From NCBI GenBank assembly GCA_964449245.1, contig CAYUXY010000001.1, positions 66,838 through 130,837 on the forward strand: a DNA stretch of 64,000 bases, read 5' to 3'. Made by a program: the position numbers and the translations under genes. Of the stretch, positions 1-10,398 are shown one piece after another (positions within the stretch are counted from its first letter, which is position 1; the number at the start of each line of letters is the position of its first letter). The notes under the pieces were generated by a model, which searched no databases, was not told the DNA's origin, and worked only from the letters and a program-made list of their open reading frames with translations. This DNA is from an uncultured Candidatus Saccharibacteria bacterium. Its GTDB lineage: Bacteria > Patescibacteriota > Minisyncoccia > UBA6257 > GWB1-50-10.

Positions 1-667
1 TTAACCAAGATTTTGTTTTTGCAAATTCCATAGGGTTGTTATTTTTTTGAGCAGAAGCCGTAACCTCGATTATTTTTTGATTCGAAATGTTTGAGGCGGA
101 CGAATTTAATGAAATTGTATTACTACCGCTTTTTTTGTCGTTATTGATTTGCCAAAAAAAAGATATATCTTTTAACGATGAAATATTAAAAAAGTAAGGT
201 ATTGCCGTGATTGTACTTTCATTTCCGGATGGTATGGTGTTCCCCGGAAACGGTAATTCTATTATTATTGTCTGTTGGCCAACAGGGATGATAATACTTT
301 CTTTTAATTCAGATGAATTTTGAGATATTGAGACCGACAATATATGGAAATCGCCCTTGCTTTTTTGAACATTAAACGTGGCATTTTGCATTCCCGTGCC
401 ACTCGCTAAATATTTATTATCAAGTTTCCATGATATAAGCGATTTTGATATATCTTGTATTTTGCCGTTTTCTACAAAGGATACGCTTGCCTCTACTGGA
501 CTAAACGGTGAAGCGGCGGCCTTACCCGTAAAATCAGCCGGGAAAAAATTAATAGCTCTCCACGAGAGAATAATATCGCCTTGTTTAGTTGATTGTGCAT
601 ATGACGTAGACATTGCCGTCAAACACAAAACTACAGAAAATATAAATAATATTCGAAAATACTTCAT
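1..667 (-). CDS. Hypothetical secreted protein, partial (runs off window start)
   Basis: Read by hand. ATG at 667 gives MKYFRILFIFSVVFVCLTAMSTSYAQ (signal-peptide-like); the frame stays open to base 1; co-oriented with the T4SS-like cluster. Confidence 0.7.
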   Translation of the reverse strand, partial: MKYFRILFIFSVVLCLTAMSTSYAQSTKQGDIILSWRAINFFPADFTGKAAASPFSPVEASVSFVENGKIQDISKSLISWKLDNKYLASGTGMQNATFNVQKSKGDFHILSVSISQNSSELKESIIIPVGQQTIIIELPFPGNTIPSGNESTITAIPYFFNISSLKDISFFWQINNDKKSGSNTISLNSSASNISNQKIIEVTASAQKNNNPMEFAKTKSWL

Positions 668-676
668 TAAATAAAA

Positions 677-1138
677 TTATACACCTTTTCTCGCAACTTT
701 TTTTGCCATTGATACAACTTTTTTACTGATCTTTTGGGCCGAGTCGGAATCATTTTGGGAATCAGACGCTAACTGCGCTATTTTAGGATGATTGTGTATG
801 TAGGCGTCTATCCAAAAATTTATCAATAATGTCGGGAAAAAAGGAACCGTATTCATTAAGAGCTTCTGCAATATTTTTTTTGTTTGCATAGCGTTTTTGC
901 TTTCCTTACTACTTTCCATCCATTTTTCCATTGCTATTGTCGCGAAACCTTGAAAAATAGGCGTGATTGCAACGCCAACTCCCGTAAGATCAAGAACCGC
1001 GCATGTTGTATCGGCACCTAAGAGTAGAAAACTAAAAACGATAATTTCAGACTCTGTAACTTTATTAATATTTTCATCCCCATCAACCTTCCCCGTATTA
1101 TCTTCCGTTATTTCGTCGGTGCCTATATTTGCATCCAT
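677..1138 (-). CDS. Hypothetical membrane protein in T4SS-like cluster
   Basis: 153-aa ORF with hydrophobic segments, 8 nt downstream of the VirB4-like gene. Confidence 0.7.
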   Translation of the reverse strand: MDANIGTDEITEDNTGKVDGDENINKVTESEIIVFSFLLLGADTTCAVLDLTGVGVAITPIFQGFATIAMEKWMESSKESKNAMQTKKILQKLLMNTVPFFPTLLINFWIDAYIHNHPKIAQLASDSQNDSDSAQKISKKVVSMAKKVARKGV

Positions 1139-1146
1139 GATATTTA

Positions 1147-2898
1147 TTAACGATTACGCAATCCTTTAATTGCAAGCATCTGTTCCGGATCGGTCGTGAT
1201 AATTTGATCCTCCGTATAAGATGGGATTATCTTAATTGCAATATGTTTTAAACCGGCAAAAAAGAGGCCCTCCCCTACGCCACACTCAACCAAAAACGCT
1301 TTCTCGCCCTCCGTGAGATTAAATGTCGCGCCGACCGACTCTATACTTGTCGTGGACTGCTTTAAAAGAATTTGCATAGAAGAATTGGATATTATTGGTT
1401 TCCCATAATTGGATTTTAAAAAGTCATCTATATCTTGCGTGATGCAAATAACGCCAAGATAATATTTGCGAGCTCGCTTTACGAGTCCAAAAAGGAAAGA
1501 CGCGCTATCTTCGTTTTTCATCATAAGCCACGCCTCGTCTACTACGAGAACACGTTGCCTTAATTCAGAACGAATGAGATTCCAAACAAAGTTCAGAATA
1601 ATATACATTGCTATAGGTCGAAGCTCTTCTTCGAGGTCTCTTATTGAAAAAACAATAAGTCTGTTTTTTATATCTACATTAGTCGGGACATTCGTAAATC
1701 CGGCGTAAGATCCACGAGTGAATTTTTCGAGTCTTTTCGCCATCATTTCACCTCCATTTGTATTTTCAAGAACGACCTGCAAATCTTCCAAGAGCGGAGG
1801 ATTTAGATTTTCCATAGTTCCAAAATTCTCGGCGGTTATGTCTCTCGATGCATATGTTTCAATTATTACTCTATCTAATATTGCGTCTTCTTCCGGCGTA
1901 ATACCCTTTAACATTATTTTTAATAATCCCGTGAGATTCAAAACGTGGGACTTAAAGACGTCTGCCGGATCGTCGCCTTCCGGAATAATTGGAATATCAA
2001 ACGGATTAATATGATTTTCTGATGTGAGGGATATTTTAAAGTAGCTTCCTCCTATAGCATCCGCTAAATTTTTATATTCATTTTCGGGGTCTATAACTAT
2101 GATATTTGTCCCGATCATAAGAGAGCGTAGTATTTGCAGTTTTGTGGAGTATGATTTTCCGGATCCTGATTTTGCGAAAATGACGGAGTTCGCATTTTCG
2201 AGTGAAAACCTGTCGAAAATAATCAGGCTGTTATTATGCATATTAATGCCGTACAAAATACCTTTCTCCGATGTTAAATCGGGAGAAACAAACGGGAAAA
2301 ACGATGACGCTGGACCGGAGTTTAACTGATTTAAAACCATAAGCTCGTCTCTCGCAATAGGTAGCACGGAATTTAATCCCTCCATTTGTCGGAATAATGC
2401 AGGCTTGATGTAAATTAATTTACTCTCAAGCAAGGACTCAATTTTATTTTTAAGTTTTTCTAGATTAACTAAATCAGTGCTGTATATTGTGATATAAGCT
2501 CCCACCTGAAAAAGCTTTTCTCTTGATTGTTGCAAGGCGTCGCGCAAAGATTCGACATCCTCGTGGGCTGTTTCAAGTATAGGGTCTCTAACTATCCCCT
2601 TTTCTTCTTTCTCGGACATCTCAGCTTCAATTTGCGCAACCTTTTTAGTGAGTTTTCTTAAGGTTGATCCCGTATCCATCGGGTGCATAAAAATGGAAAT
2701 ATCCATCATTTCCGCGAGATTTATAATAGGAGAAAACCATCCACTTGAAACAAAGCGCGGATATGCGGATATGAAAAAAGTTTTTGCATAATAATCCCCA
2801 ATCTTCAAATGATTTGAATCTATGGAGACGCCGGCCGGAGCAAGTATGCTGGGCATATCATTTTCCGGCGGAACCGCGCTGTTTAATGGTTGTTCCAT
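1147..2898 (-). CDS. virB4: VirB4/TraC-like type IV secretion ATPase
   Basis: 583 aa. Walker A AKSGSGKS, IIVIDPENEY, Walker B LVVDEAW, RARKY..ITQ motif; follows a PrgI-like gene. Confidence 0.85.
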   Translation of the reverse strand: MEQPLNSAVPPENDMPSILAPAGVSIDSNHLKIGDYYAKTFFISAYPRFVSSGWFSPIINLAEMMDISIFMHPMDTGSTLRKLTKKVAQIEAEMSEKEEKGIVRDPILETAHEDVESLRDALQQSREKLFQVGAYITIYSTDLVNLEKLKNKIESLLESKLIYIKPALFRQMEGLNSVLPIARDELMVLNQLNSGPASSFFPFVSPDLTSEKGILYGINMHNNSLIIFDRFSLENANSVIFAKSGSGKSYSTKLQILRSLMIGTNIIVIDPENEYKNLADAIGGSYFKISLTSENHINPFDIPIIPEGDDPADVFKSHVLNLTGLLKIMLKGITPEEDAILDRVIIETYASRDITAENFGTMENLNPPLLEDLQVVLENTNGGEMMAKRLEKFTRGSYAGFTNVPTNVDIKNRLIVFSIRDLEEELRPIAMYIILNFVWNLIRSELRQRVLVVDEAWLMMKNEDSASFLFGLVKRARKYYLGVICITQDIDDFLKSNYGKPIISNSSMQILLKQSTTSIESVGATFNLTEGEKAFLVECGVGEGLFFAGLKHIAIKIIPSYTEDQIITTDPEQMLAIKGLRNR

Positions 2899-2903
2899 AA
2901 AAA

Positions 2904-3551
2904 TTAAAATTTTTGCGTAGGAGAAACACCTTTTTTCTCTATTAATTGCGGATTATACATATTATAAAATAATTCGATAAGTTCCTCGTCTTCTAATGGA
3001 ATTGCGCGCAGGCCCATTTGACCTAAGCCGGACGTAACTTGGTCAACACGATGGCCGAGTTGTTCAATGTTGTCCTGCATTGGTGTTGTTGTAGAGTCGG
3101 ATGTTTTTTTCTGCAAGAAAGAAAAGACATTATTTTTCCCAGATAAGAAAATAGGCTCATATGGCACGACCGTGAAAAATGATTTGGTAACTATATCGTT
3201 TTGTTCGACAAACGAACGTATGAAATTGATGTATTCATCAATTTGTATTTTTAACAACTCATTCGGCTCTTTTTCATATAGGTCAGACATTTGTTTTAAA
3301 TAGGCGTCAATATTCACTTTTCTTGAGTGTATGAAAAATTGGACTGAAAAATCGAGTGTGTTTATAAAATCCTGAAAACCGGAAAGAATTAAATTTTGTT
3401 CGGCGTCCGATTTCAGGTCAAAATTTAACCCCCCGACTATAAGTATTCGGCACATTCCGCCATTTTTTAGAAAAACTACGCCGTCTTTTATTGATTTTAC
3501 GGCTACAAAATCCTGAGATGGTTTAGAAGGCGATTTTGCTGTTTGTTGCAT
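2904..3551 (-). CDS. TraC/TrsD-like VirB4-accessory protein
   Basis: 215 aa with NFDLKSDAEQ...FINTLDFSVQF pattern; sits between PrgI and VirB4 genes. Confidence 0.6.
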   Translation of the reverse strand: MQQTAKSPSKPSQDFVAVKSIKDGVVFLKNGGMCRILIVGGLNFDLKSDAEQNLILSGFQDFINTLDFSVQFFIHSRKVNIDAYLKQMSDLYEKEPNELLKIQIDEYINFIRSFVEQNDIVTKSFFTVVPYEPIFLSGKNNVFSFLQKKTSDSTTTPMQDNIEQLGHRVDQVTSGLGQMGLRAIPLEDEELIELFYNMYNPQLIEKKGVSPTQKF

Positions 3552-3592
3552 AACAATATTATTGTAGATGATTGCGCTCTGTCTTACTAATA

Positions 3593-4078
3593 CTAACTAT
3601 AATCAACACGTTTCACATCTCTGCTTTCTCCGGTTGAAAATACTGCTTTTTGATAATTTTTGCCTTTAGTGTCGCTATTTACAGTGGTGGAAGATGTTTT
3701 CTTGCCGGTAGACGCGCTAAGCATAATAGATTGTAATTTTTTTTGTATACTCAAAAGACCACGAGATTCTTCTATGGATTTTTCTGCGTCTTCTACTTGG
3801 ACTTTTTGCCATATAAAAAGACGCGGTTTCATTAAGAAAGAAAAAAGGGATTTAATAACCGCAGGCGCATCCTGCCCGTTTATTTTGCCGAAGGCAAAGA
3901 GGACGCCAATAGCTTCAATAAAAAGAGAAAAAATAATCCAAAGGAAAAATTCGAATGTATAGTATGTCAGAAAACACAAAAACGAAGCTCCGGCTATGAA
4001 GAGAAATTGCTGCAACGTTAACGGCCCGACTATCTTGGGCTTTTTTTCTATAAATTGTGGAATTTGAAATGTTGCCAC
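3593..4078 (-). CDS. prgI: PrgI family (VirB3-like) membrane protein
   Basis: N-terminus FQIPQFIEKKPKIVGPLTLQQF followed by two TM helices. GTG start at 4078 lies 6 nt after a TATAGT -10 box. Confidence 0.75.
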   Translation of the reverse strand: MATFQIPQFIEKKPKIVGPLTLQQFLFIAGASFLCFLTYYTFEFFLWIIFSLFIEAIGVLFAFGKINGQDAPAVIKSLFSFLMKPRLFIWQKVQVEDAEKSIEESRGLLSIQKKLQSIMLSASTGKKTSSTTVNSDTKGKNYQKAVFSTGESRDVKRVDYS

Positions 4079-4145
4079 GTTATAACTATAGCTTATTAGA
4101 GAGTATTCTATCAATAAAAAACAATAAACCCGAAAAGTAATAAGC

Positions 4146-5663
4146 TTAATTTCGCAGATTTATTGTGTTTCCGTCAGTTTCCGGTCCGAGAGGCGCGCTT
4201 TTTTCTTCGGTAATTTTATTTTTTTCAACCCCCTTTTTGAAAGGAAAGAAAAATCCGGTGCCGGCGAGGTTGGGATCATTTTTCTGTTCGGTGGTTTTTT
4301 TAAGAGGTTGGTTTCCTTTTTTAACTTCCGTAGGTTGTTGTCTTTCCGCAATAAATTGGGAAATAGACGCCATAGCATTATTTATTTTTTCCCTGTCTTT
4401 GTTTTTATTTGTGATAATCTCGTGATTAATATTTATTTCTCTGGCATCTTTTTTATCTGTCGCAACGTCTTTAATTGGAGCGTTCGGGCGTGCTTGATTA
4501 TCGACAAATAACACATCTTTTTGAAACGGCGCAATGGGAGTTCTGAGTTCGCTATAGTGCACCGCCTTATCTTTTTTCTGTACTGTAGGAAATTCAATTG
4601 TCGCTTTCGTGGGATTTATAGTTTGTTTTTTACTCGCTTTTTTTGAAAACCAGAAGGATTGAGGAAATCCTTTTGATGGAGTTTGCTTGTCTCTGATATT
4701 TGGAGCAGTTTGCTTTTCTGTATGTAAAATAAGCGGCGCAGAATCGGCGCTAATATTTCCTGCATCTTGTTTAATTGAAACTCTTGATGGTGAAGTTGGG
4801 GCTGGTTGACCGAATATCTCGAGCGATATTCCTTCGTTTGGAGTGGTAACTGGCTTTTTTGTGCCCTCGAATATTTCTTTAATTTCCTGCAGGTGTTTCG
4901 AAAGGATTGAATCTTTTATTGATTTGGCAAAAAACTCCGCATCGTTGGAATCAAGCTTTGAAACAGTTTGTATTGTTTCAGGTAGATTATCGATAGAAAT
5001 TATCCCAAGTATTACGGCGCCAACGGTATGCCCTATTCCGCTTACTACATCATCCCCGAACTTTTTACCAGAGCATAAATTATATATTATATTTGCGGTG
5101 TCAAAAGAAAAAAATATTTTTTTAAGGTCTGCAGATAAAAATCCAAGCTGATAAAAAGGGTCTTTATCTTTTTTCTCCGATATTACGCTTGGGGATTCAA
5201 GCAGGTCGTTATTTATAATCTGTGAAGGACTGCTTAGAAAATATATATAAAGAGATGACGCAAATGTTTTAAGTTTAGATATTTTTTCAATCCCAGATTC
5301 TCCCGGTATAGAGTCGCTTATAAGTCCGAAGAAATATTTTGAAATAGATTTTTCGGTTCTTTCAAACACCCTTCCTGCCGACTCTCCGTCGGCGAAGTTT
5401 ACGAAAACTGCGGCAACGAGCGGTAAGAAAGAATCGCGCCACTCGTCTTCTGAAACGACTCCCCTTATAGCCGGCGCGCCTTCTATAATGCCTTTCCAGA
5501 ATATCAAACGAAGGCCGTCATTTGTGAAATATTCAAGTGTGTCTTGTAGGTTGAGCGCCGCGTCCAAAAATTTTTTATTCTGTAATGCCGTCCAAACACT
5601 TTCCTCCCAAATGGGAATCTGGATAATCATCTCTTCTAACGCTGTATTATTTTCTATATCCAT
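4146..5663 (-). CDS. Hypothetical protein (helical N-terminus, low-complexity P/K-rich C-terminus)
   Basis: 505-aa ORF, 5 nt downstream of the VirB6-like gene. Confidence 0.75.
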   Translation of the reverse strand: MDIENNTALEEMIIQIPIWEESVWTALQNKKFLDAALNLQDTLEYFTNDGLRLIFWKGIIEGAPAIRGVVSEDEWRDSFLPLVAAVFVNFADGESAGRVFERTEKSISKYFFGLISDSIPGESGIEKISKLKTFASSLYIYFLSSPSQIINNDLLESPSVISEKKDKDPFYQLGFLSADLKKIFFSFDTANIIYNLCSGKKFGDDVVSGIGHTVGAVILGIISIDNLPETIQTVSKLDSNDAEFFAKSIKDSILSKHLQEIKEIFEGTKKPVTTPNEGISLEIFGQPAPTSPSRVSIKQDAGNISADSAPLILHTEKQTAPNIRDKQTPSKGFPQSFWFSKKASKKQTINPTKATIEFPTVQKKDKAVHYSELRTPIAPFQKDVLFVDNQARPNAPIKDVATDKKDAREININHEIITNKNKDREKINNAMASISQFIAERQQPTEVKKGNQPLKKTTEQKNDPNLAGTGFFFPFKKGVEKNKITEEKSAPLGPETDGNTINLRN

Positions 5664-5668
5664 ATTTT

Positions 5669-7714
5669 TTATTTTCCTGCCCTATGTTCAAATTTTCTGC
5701 GGCCTGTCTTTTTATCCTCGATAGTTGCAATATATCTGCGGGCTTTTTTATTTCTGTATGTCGCAATTCCATTTTCTCTTGTCACGATGTTTGCTATATC
5801 AAACGCGGATACCGGTGTAGCTAATAATTGAGCTCTCGCTTGGTCAAGCTGGTTGGTTAATCCATCTATCGTTGCTTGTGATGCATTTCTACTTCTGGCG
5901 CCGTTTAGGTGGCGCTCTATTCTTCCTACTCTTCTGCGCGCGACATCTCTATCTGTTGATTGTTGTAGAAATTCATTAATTGTTCCACCGGCAGCGGCAT
6001 TACCTCCAGCTAATCCGCTACGTACACCCGGTGGAAGATTTGCTACAGCATCCTCAAACATACTTTGTTTATCTTGAACTACAGCCTTACTTTCTATAGC
6101 TCTGTTTTTCCTTTCTTCGGCGGCATTTATAGCAACCTGATCGCCATTGGTTCTAGCGGCCAGAAGAGCTTTATTGGCTCTTGCAATTTCAACATCGGCC
6201 GAGACAAGCTCTTTTGCTATATTTTTTCCTTCTTCTGCGATGTTAGAAACTACAGCAGCTTTGCCTGCGTCGTCTAAATCGCGGTATCGCCCGGCCTGCT
6301 CGTCAATAGATTGTTTACCTAACTCATCTTTTTTCTTTTGAAAATCCGCCTTTGATTTTCCGGAGAATTTTGAAAGTATATTGCCAAGAGCATTGACTCC
6401 GGCGCCTCTCGCAATAGACTGGGACGCTCCGGGACTCAATTCATTTAGCCTATTTGCAAGCCCGGTGCCCCTAAGCCCCGGAATATTATTGAAATTAAAT
6501 CCCTTGTTGCCGGCATTTTGGAGCGCTCGTATCGCTTTTTGACCAGTGTCACTTCTAAGCGGTGCTGTTGCAGCGCGAGTCGCGGCCTCTTTCGATCGTT
6601 GTTGCATCCATTGCTTCCCCTTTCTGACATTGTCAGAGAGCATTTTATGCGCGCCGGCAGCGCCCGTGATAGACATCTGTTGGGCTACAATAAGGCCTCC
6701 AACAAGCAAACCGACTAATATAATCATTCGCACGCCCTGTTGCATAAGTGCCGCGACCATTCCGTTTTTAAAGAATGTGGTCGAGGAAACCGCCGCTGTA
6801 CCGGAGCTGACCTGTCTTATACTTACGAGCGCGAGATAGAAAAAGAAAGAAACGGCTGGAGCGAAAAATACCCACTGCATAAAGGTTTTCCACCATTTAG
6901 TAAACATTCCTTGCGCTGAAGGAATGACCCAGAAAAGCCACGATAGAGGTGCGAGAACGAGTAAAATAGAAAGATATATATATCGGATGAGCATCATAAA
7001 CGCGAATGCGAAGAGTACGAATGTCGCTATAAATATAAATATCACGACAAAAAACAAACTTGTTACTCCTAAAATCGCACTCGTCCCGAATTTTGTTAAT
7101 CCGCCGACCTCTTCTTCTGGGTCAACCGGTTCTGGTTCGGTGGGTTCCGTAAAGAGTGCTTGCGGATCGAAAGCTCCAGAGAGAGTTTGAGTAAATTCCG
7201 TAGACAAAAATCCAGCTCCGGAACTCGAACCGCTTTCTGTAACAGCTTTGAAAAAATATCGCGTGATAATATGAGAAAATCCTATAAGCGTGCCGGCTAT
7301 TGTAAGGCTGAAGTTAACGAGTATCGCGGCCCCGATTAATTTCGGAAGTAATTTTTTCGCGCCATAGCTCTGATATCTGAAAATTGTTGCAAGCGCTATA
7401 ACGATAATGATAAGTACAAAGCCGAGATTGGCGACATCGCGCGTGATTTCCCATCCGATACCAACGATAGCATTTGTCGGGTCGAGTACTTGAAAATTAA
7501 AATTCAAGGCGATGCTCACGAGATATCCCGCGAGGCTGAAGAGCAGAGACCCGATAAATTGCAGAAGATAAAGCACAACATAAACAACTACAGTAACAAC
7601 CATCGGACCTATCAATGCTATTGCATGCGCAGGTTCAGGTATGAAAAAGAAAACTGCGGATACGAGTAACGCTGCTATTAATAGATTCTTCGATTTGAGT
7701 TTTTTATTTTCCAT
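5669..7714 (-). CDS. VirB6/TrbL-like polytopic membrane protein with long C-terminal extension
   Basis: 681 aa with multiple TM helices; GWEITRDVANLGF, LIGAAILVNFSL and RYIYLSILLVLAPL...KWW motifs as in VirB6-like proteins. Confidence 0.7.
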   Translation of the reverse strand: MENKKLKSKNLLIAALLVSAVFFFIPEPAHAIALIGPMVVTVVVYVVLYLLQFIGSLLFSLAGYLVSIALNFNFQVLDPTNAIVGIGWEITRDVANLGFVLIIIVIALATIFRYQSYGAKKLLPKLIGAAILVNFSLTIAGTLIGFSHIITRYFFKAVTESGSSSGAGFLSTEFTQTLSGAFDPQALFTEPTEPEPVDPEEEVGGLTKFGTSAILGVTSLFFVVIFIFIATFVLFAFAFMMLIRYIYLSILLVLAPLSWLFWVIPSAQGMFTKWWKTFMQWVFFAPAVSFFFYLALVSIRQVSSGTAAVSSTTFFKNGMVAALMQQGVRMIILVGLLVGGLIVAQQMSITGAAGAHKMLSDNVRKGKQWMQQRSKEAATRAATAPLRSDTGQKAIRALQNAGNKGFNFNNIPGLRGTGLANRLNELSPGASQSIARGAGVNALGNILSKFSGKSKADFQKKKDELGKQSIDEQAGRYRDLDDAGKAAVVSNIAEEGKNIAKELVSADVEIARANKALLAARTNGDQVAINAAEERKNRAIESKAVVQDKQSMFEDAVANLPPGVRSGLAGGNAAAGGTINEFLQQSTDRDVARRRVGRIERHLNGARSRNASQATIDGLTNQLDQARAQLLATPVSAFDIANIVTRENGIATYRNKKARRYIATIEDKKTGRRKFEHRAGK

Positions 7715-9424
7715 TTATTCTCCCATATTGCACCTGTCCCTGTTTTTTTCGGCTACGCTTACAAGCGCCGTCACGTCAGAAAGTGTGCCGTCGATTATGG
7801 CTGTTTCTGTGTTGATGTCGCTCTGTATTGTAAAAAGCATAGGGCTAAGAAGCGATATATCATAAGCTTCTCCCTGTAATTTTGTCACAAGAGTAGATGT
7901 ATCGTCTCTGAGTTTTTTAAGCACTTCTATTTGTTCTGGAATCCACACATCTCGTCTCGATTCAGATTGTATAAGCGTCTGTGTTGCCGAGAATGATTCC
8001 GGATCCATAACATATGAGCTGTAAGCGGAGAGACATTGTGTAAGTCCTCTTATCGCGCCATTTTGCAGGTTTGCATTATCGAGCGCAAGTATTAATTTTT
8101 TATTAGTTGTTATAACCGAATTAAGTGTAGTTGACGCTTGATTAATCAAATTCAAAAAACCACTTGCCTGTTGTCTCATTTGACCTCTTGCTCCAGTTTC
8201 CGCACCCTCTCTTATAGTTTCCCCCTTTACCGCACTGCTGTATGAACTCTTAACATTATTAATTGCAGTTATGCGATCTGTTTCGGATTTTGTTGTGAGT
8301 CCGATTAATCCACTTACCGCGTTTTTCGTCATTCTGTTTATCGCGGCATCTAAAATAGCGCTTGCGTATGCCTCAAGTTCGTCAGCGCTTAGAATATAAT
8401 CAATGTCAGCATTTATAGCTTTCGAAACAGTATCGCCGACCGTTTTGGATGGAGTAACAGCTTTCGATCCTAATGTCTTGTCGCATTCCCAATGCGCGGT
8501 TACGCCCTCGGGTATGTTCGCAGGAAGTGCCGGAGGATCCGTTGGTTTTCGCGCCGGATCAGAAAATTCGTAAATTCGTCCGCCATCGCTTCCCTGAACT
8601 GCCCGTCCAAGCTCATCAAGCAAAACCCATGCGGTACAGACTTCCTGCGGTAAATATCCTCCACCGCCTGCAATTTTAGCTTGGGCTATTTTATCCTGCC
8701 TCTCGGCCTCGTTTATAGTTTCTTCCATCGCAAGTAGATAAATGCCGTGTCGGTTGTTTTCTGGCGCGGCGGCAGATTGTATTCCGATCCACCCGCCATT
8801 TTTAAAGTTGTCTTTAAATGCGGCAATATTACCTACTACATCGTCAAGCGTACACGATGCGGCTTTGTGAAATTTGGGCGGAGCCTGAAGATTTATTTCT
8901 ATTCGGGCTTTTACCGGACTGTCGCAAAAATCACCGAGGCCTATTTCACGGATTGTTTCGCCGACTCCGGCGTTTACCGCGTCATCAAAGAATTCTCCAA
9001 AATTTTCAACGAATTTTGGTTGTGTCCCGTCCTGTATCCATGTGATAGTTTGATCTACGATTTGATCAAGTAATTGTTTTTTTAATACCTCCCGCGCCAT
9101 TCTTACGGCAATCTCTTTTACAGAAAGCAAACATCGTTCTATGGAAGATTTTTTAACCTCCTTCTGTGTCTCTGAATCGTCGACCGGAACCTTGCCCACC
9201 CCAAGTCCAACGGCGCTTTTAGCCGAATCAAGTGCGCCATCTATTACACCCATAATTTCATCTCCTGCAATCATTTTTATAAACCCACCTACGCAGGCGG
9301 ATGCAAGTTCAGTAACAATTTGAGCCTCCGCTTTTTTGGTATTTATAGGCAAAACAACTCCCATAGCAATCGTGGATAATATGAGAATGTAGGTCGTTAA
9401 TTTTTTTATATTTTTTTGATTCAT
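7715..9424 (-). CDS. Hypothetical secreted protein with multiple cysteines
   Basis: 569 aa, signal peptide ending AEA; abuts the VirB6-like gene with no gap. Confidence 0.75.
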   Translation of the reverse strand: MNQKNIKKLTTYILILSTIAMGVVLPINTKKAEAQIVTELASACVGGFIKMIAGDEIMGVIDGALDSAKSAVGLGVGKVPVDDSETQKEVKKSSIERCLLSVKEIAVRMAREVLKKQLLDQIVDQTITWIQDGTQPKFVENFGEFFDDAVNAGVGETIREIGLGDFCDSPVKARIEINLQAPPKFHKAASCTLDDVVGNIAAFKDNFKNGGWIGIQSAAAPENNRHGIYLLAMEETINEAERQDKIAQAKIAGGGGYLPQEVCTAWVLLDELGRAVQGSDGGRIYEFSDPARKPTDPPALPANIPEGVTAHWECDKTLGSKAVTPSKTVGDTVSKAINADIDYILSADELEAYASAILDAAINRMTKNAVSGLIGLTTKSETDRITAINNVKSSYSSAVKGETIREGAETGARGQMRQQASGFLNLINQASTTLNSVITTNKKLILALDNANLQNGAIRGLTQCLSAYSSYVMDPESFSATQTLIQSESRRDVWIPEQIEVLKKLRDDTSTLVTKLQGEAYDISLLSPMLFTIQSDINTETAIIDGTLSDVTALVSVAEKNRDRCNMGE

Positions 9425-10203
9425 TTTATTGTTGAATCGAGTTTTTCTTTAAGAAGTCTCGCAATCGTTTCCTCGTCGTTATTTAATTCGTTCAAAGTAT
9501 CAATTGCGGCAAGCGCCATAATTGGATCTGTTCCGATATTTAAAACGGCTTTTGCTATGGCAAGTTTTTTCTGCTGATAATTCAGGAGCGATAAATGAAA
9601 ACTTTTCCATGAGGACGGCGTTGGTATTGCAAGAAGTGACGTAATAAGTGAATTGATGCCATCGGAATATTCCGTGAGAAATGAAGGATCGTTATTTTGT
9701 ACAAGTTGATAGACGGCTCGCGTAATGTCCGCGTCAGTTTCCGAAGAAATATTTGCATTTGCGGAACGTATGGCGGCAAGATATTCAATCACCGCTTTTT
9801 CTGACGAATCGTCAATCTGCCTTATGTCACTTTCTTTTGTAGCTTCTATTTGGATACCTTTTCCTATCGCCTCTTCGATGATTGTTTCGATTGTCGCGCC
9901 GGAAGGTATGGTAACCATTTTTTCTCCATTTACATTTAACGGCCCATCCGGATTTTTTTGTACAAGCGTCAATGCATATTGGTTAAGAAATGTCTGCGTG
10001 AGGTTAGTCTCGGGCTGACCGCTATTATTCGAAACTTCCTGAGCGTCTTTCTGATAATCTATAGATGATTTTACATTGTTTTCAAGCCCGACATTCAATG
10101 CAAATCCGCCATTTCCGTGTTTTGGAGCAATGATTAAATATGATGCAAATACGCCCACAATAATGATGGCAATTGCTATTTTTTTTCTTTTAAATAGGTG
10201 CAT
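9421..10203 (-). CDS. Hypothetical membrane-anchored protein
   Basis: N-terminal TM helix (KIAIAIIIVGVFASYLII); 4-nt overlap with next gene; ATG at 10203 preferred over the longer ORF start. Confidence 0.7.
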   Translation of the reverse strand: MHLFKRKKIAIAIIIVGVFASYLIIAPKHGNGGFALNVGLENNVKSSIDYQKDAQEVSNNSGQPETNLTQTFLNQYALTLVQKNPDGPLNVNGEKMVTIPSGATIETIIEEAIGKGIQIEATKESDIRQIDDSSEKAVIEYLAAIRSANANISSETDADITRAVYQLVQNNDPSFLTEYSDGINSLITSLLAIPTPSSWKSFHLSLLNYQQKKLAIAKAVLNIGTDPIMALAAIDTLNELNNDEETIARLLKEKLDSTIK

Positions 10204-10398
10204 ATTGTGATACGCGGAAAAAACACTTACTCGAATATTTGTGCGTCGCAAACCGCGATTGATTTTGTTTTATTATACAACATTATTAACCTTTTTATAT
10301 AATCATCGCGCGCAATTATATTCGACAAATGTCTTTAGAAACAAAAATATATCACAGTTTTCATTTTGTGATTCAATAATCAACAATATGACAGGCAT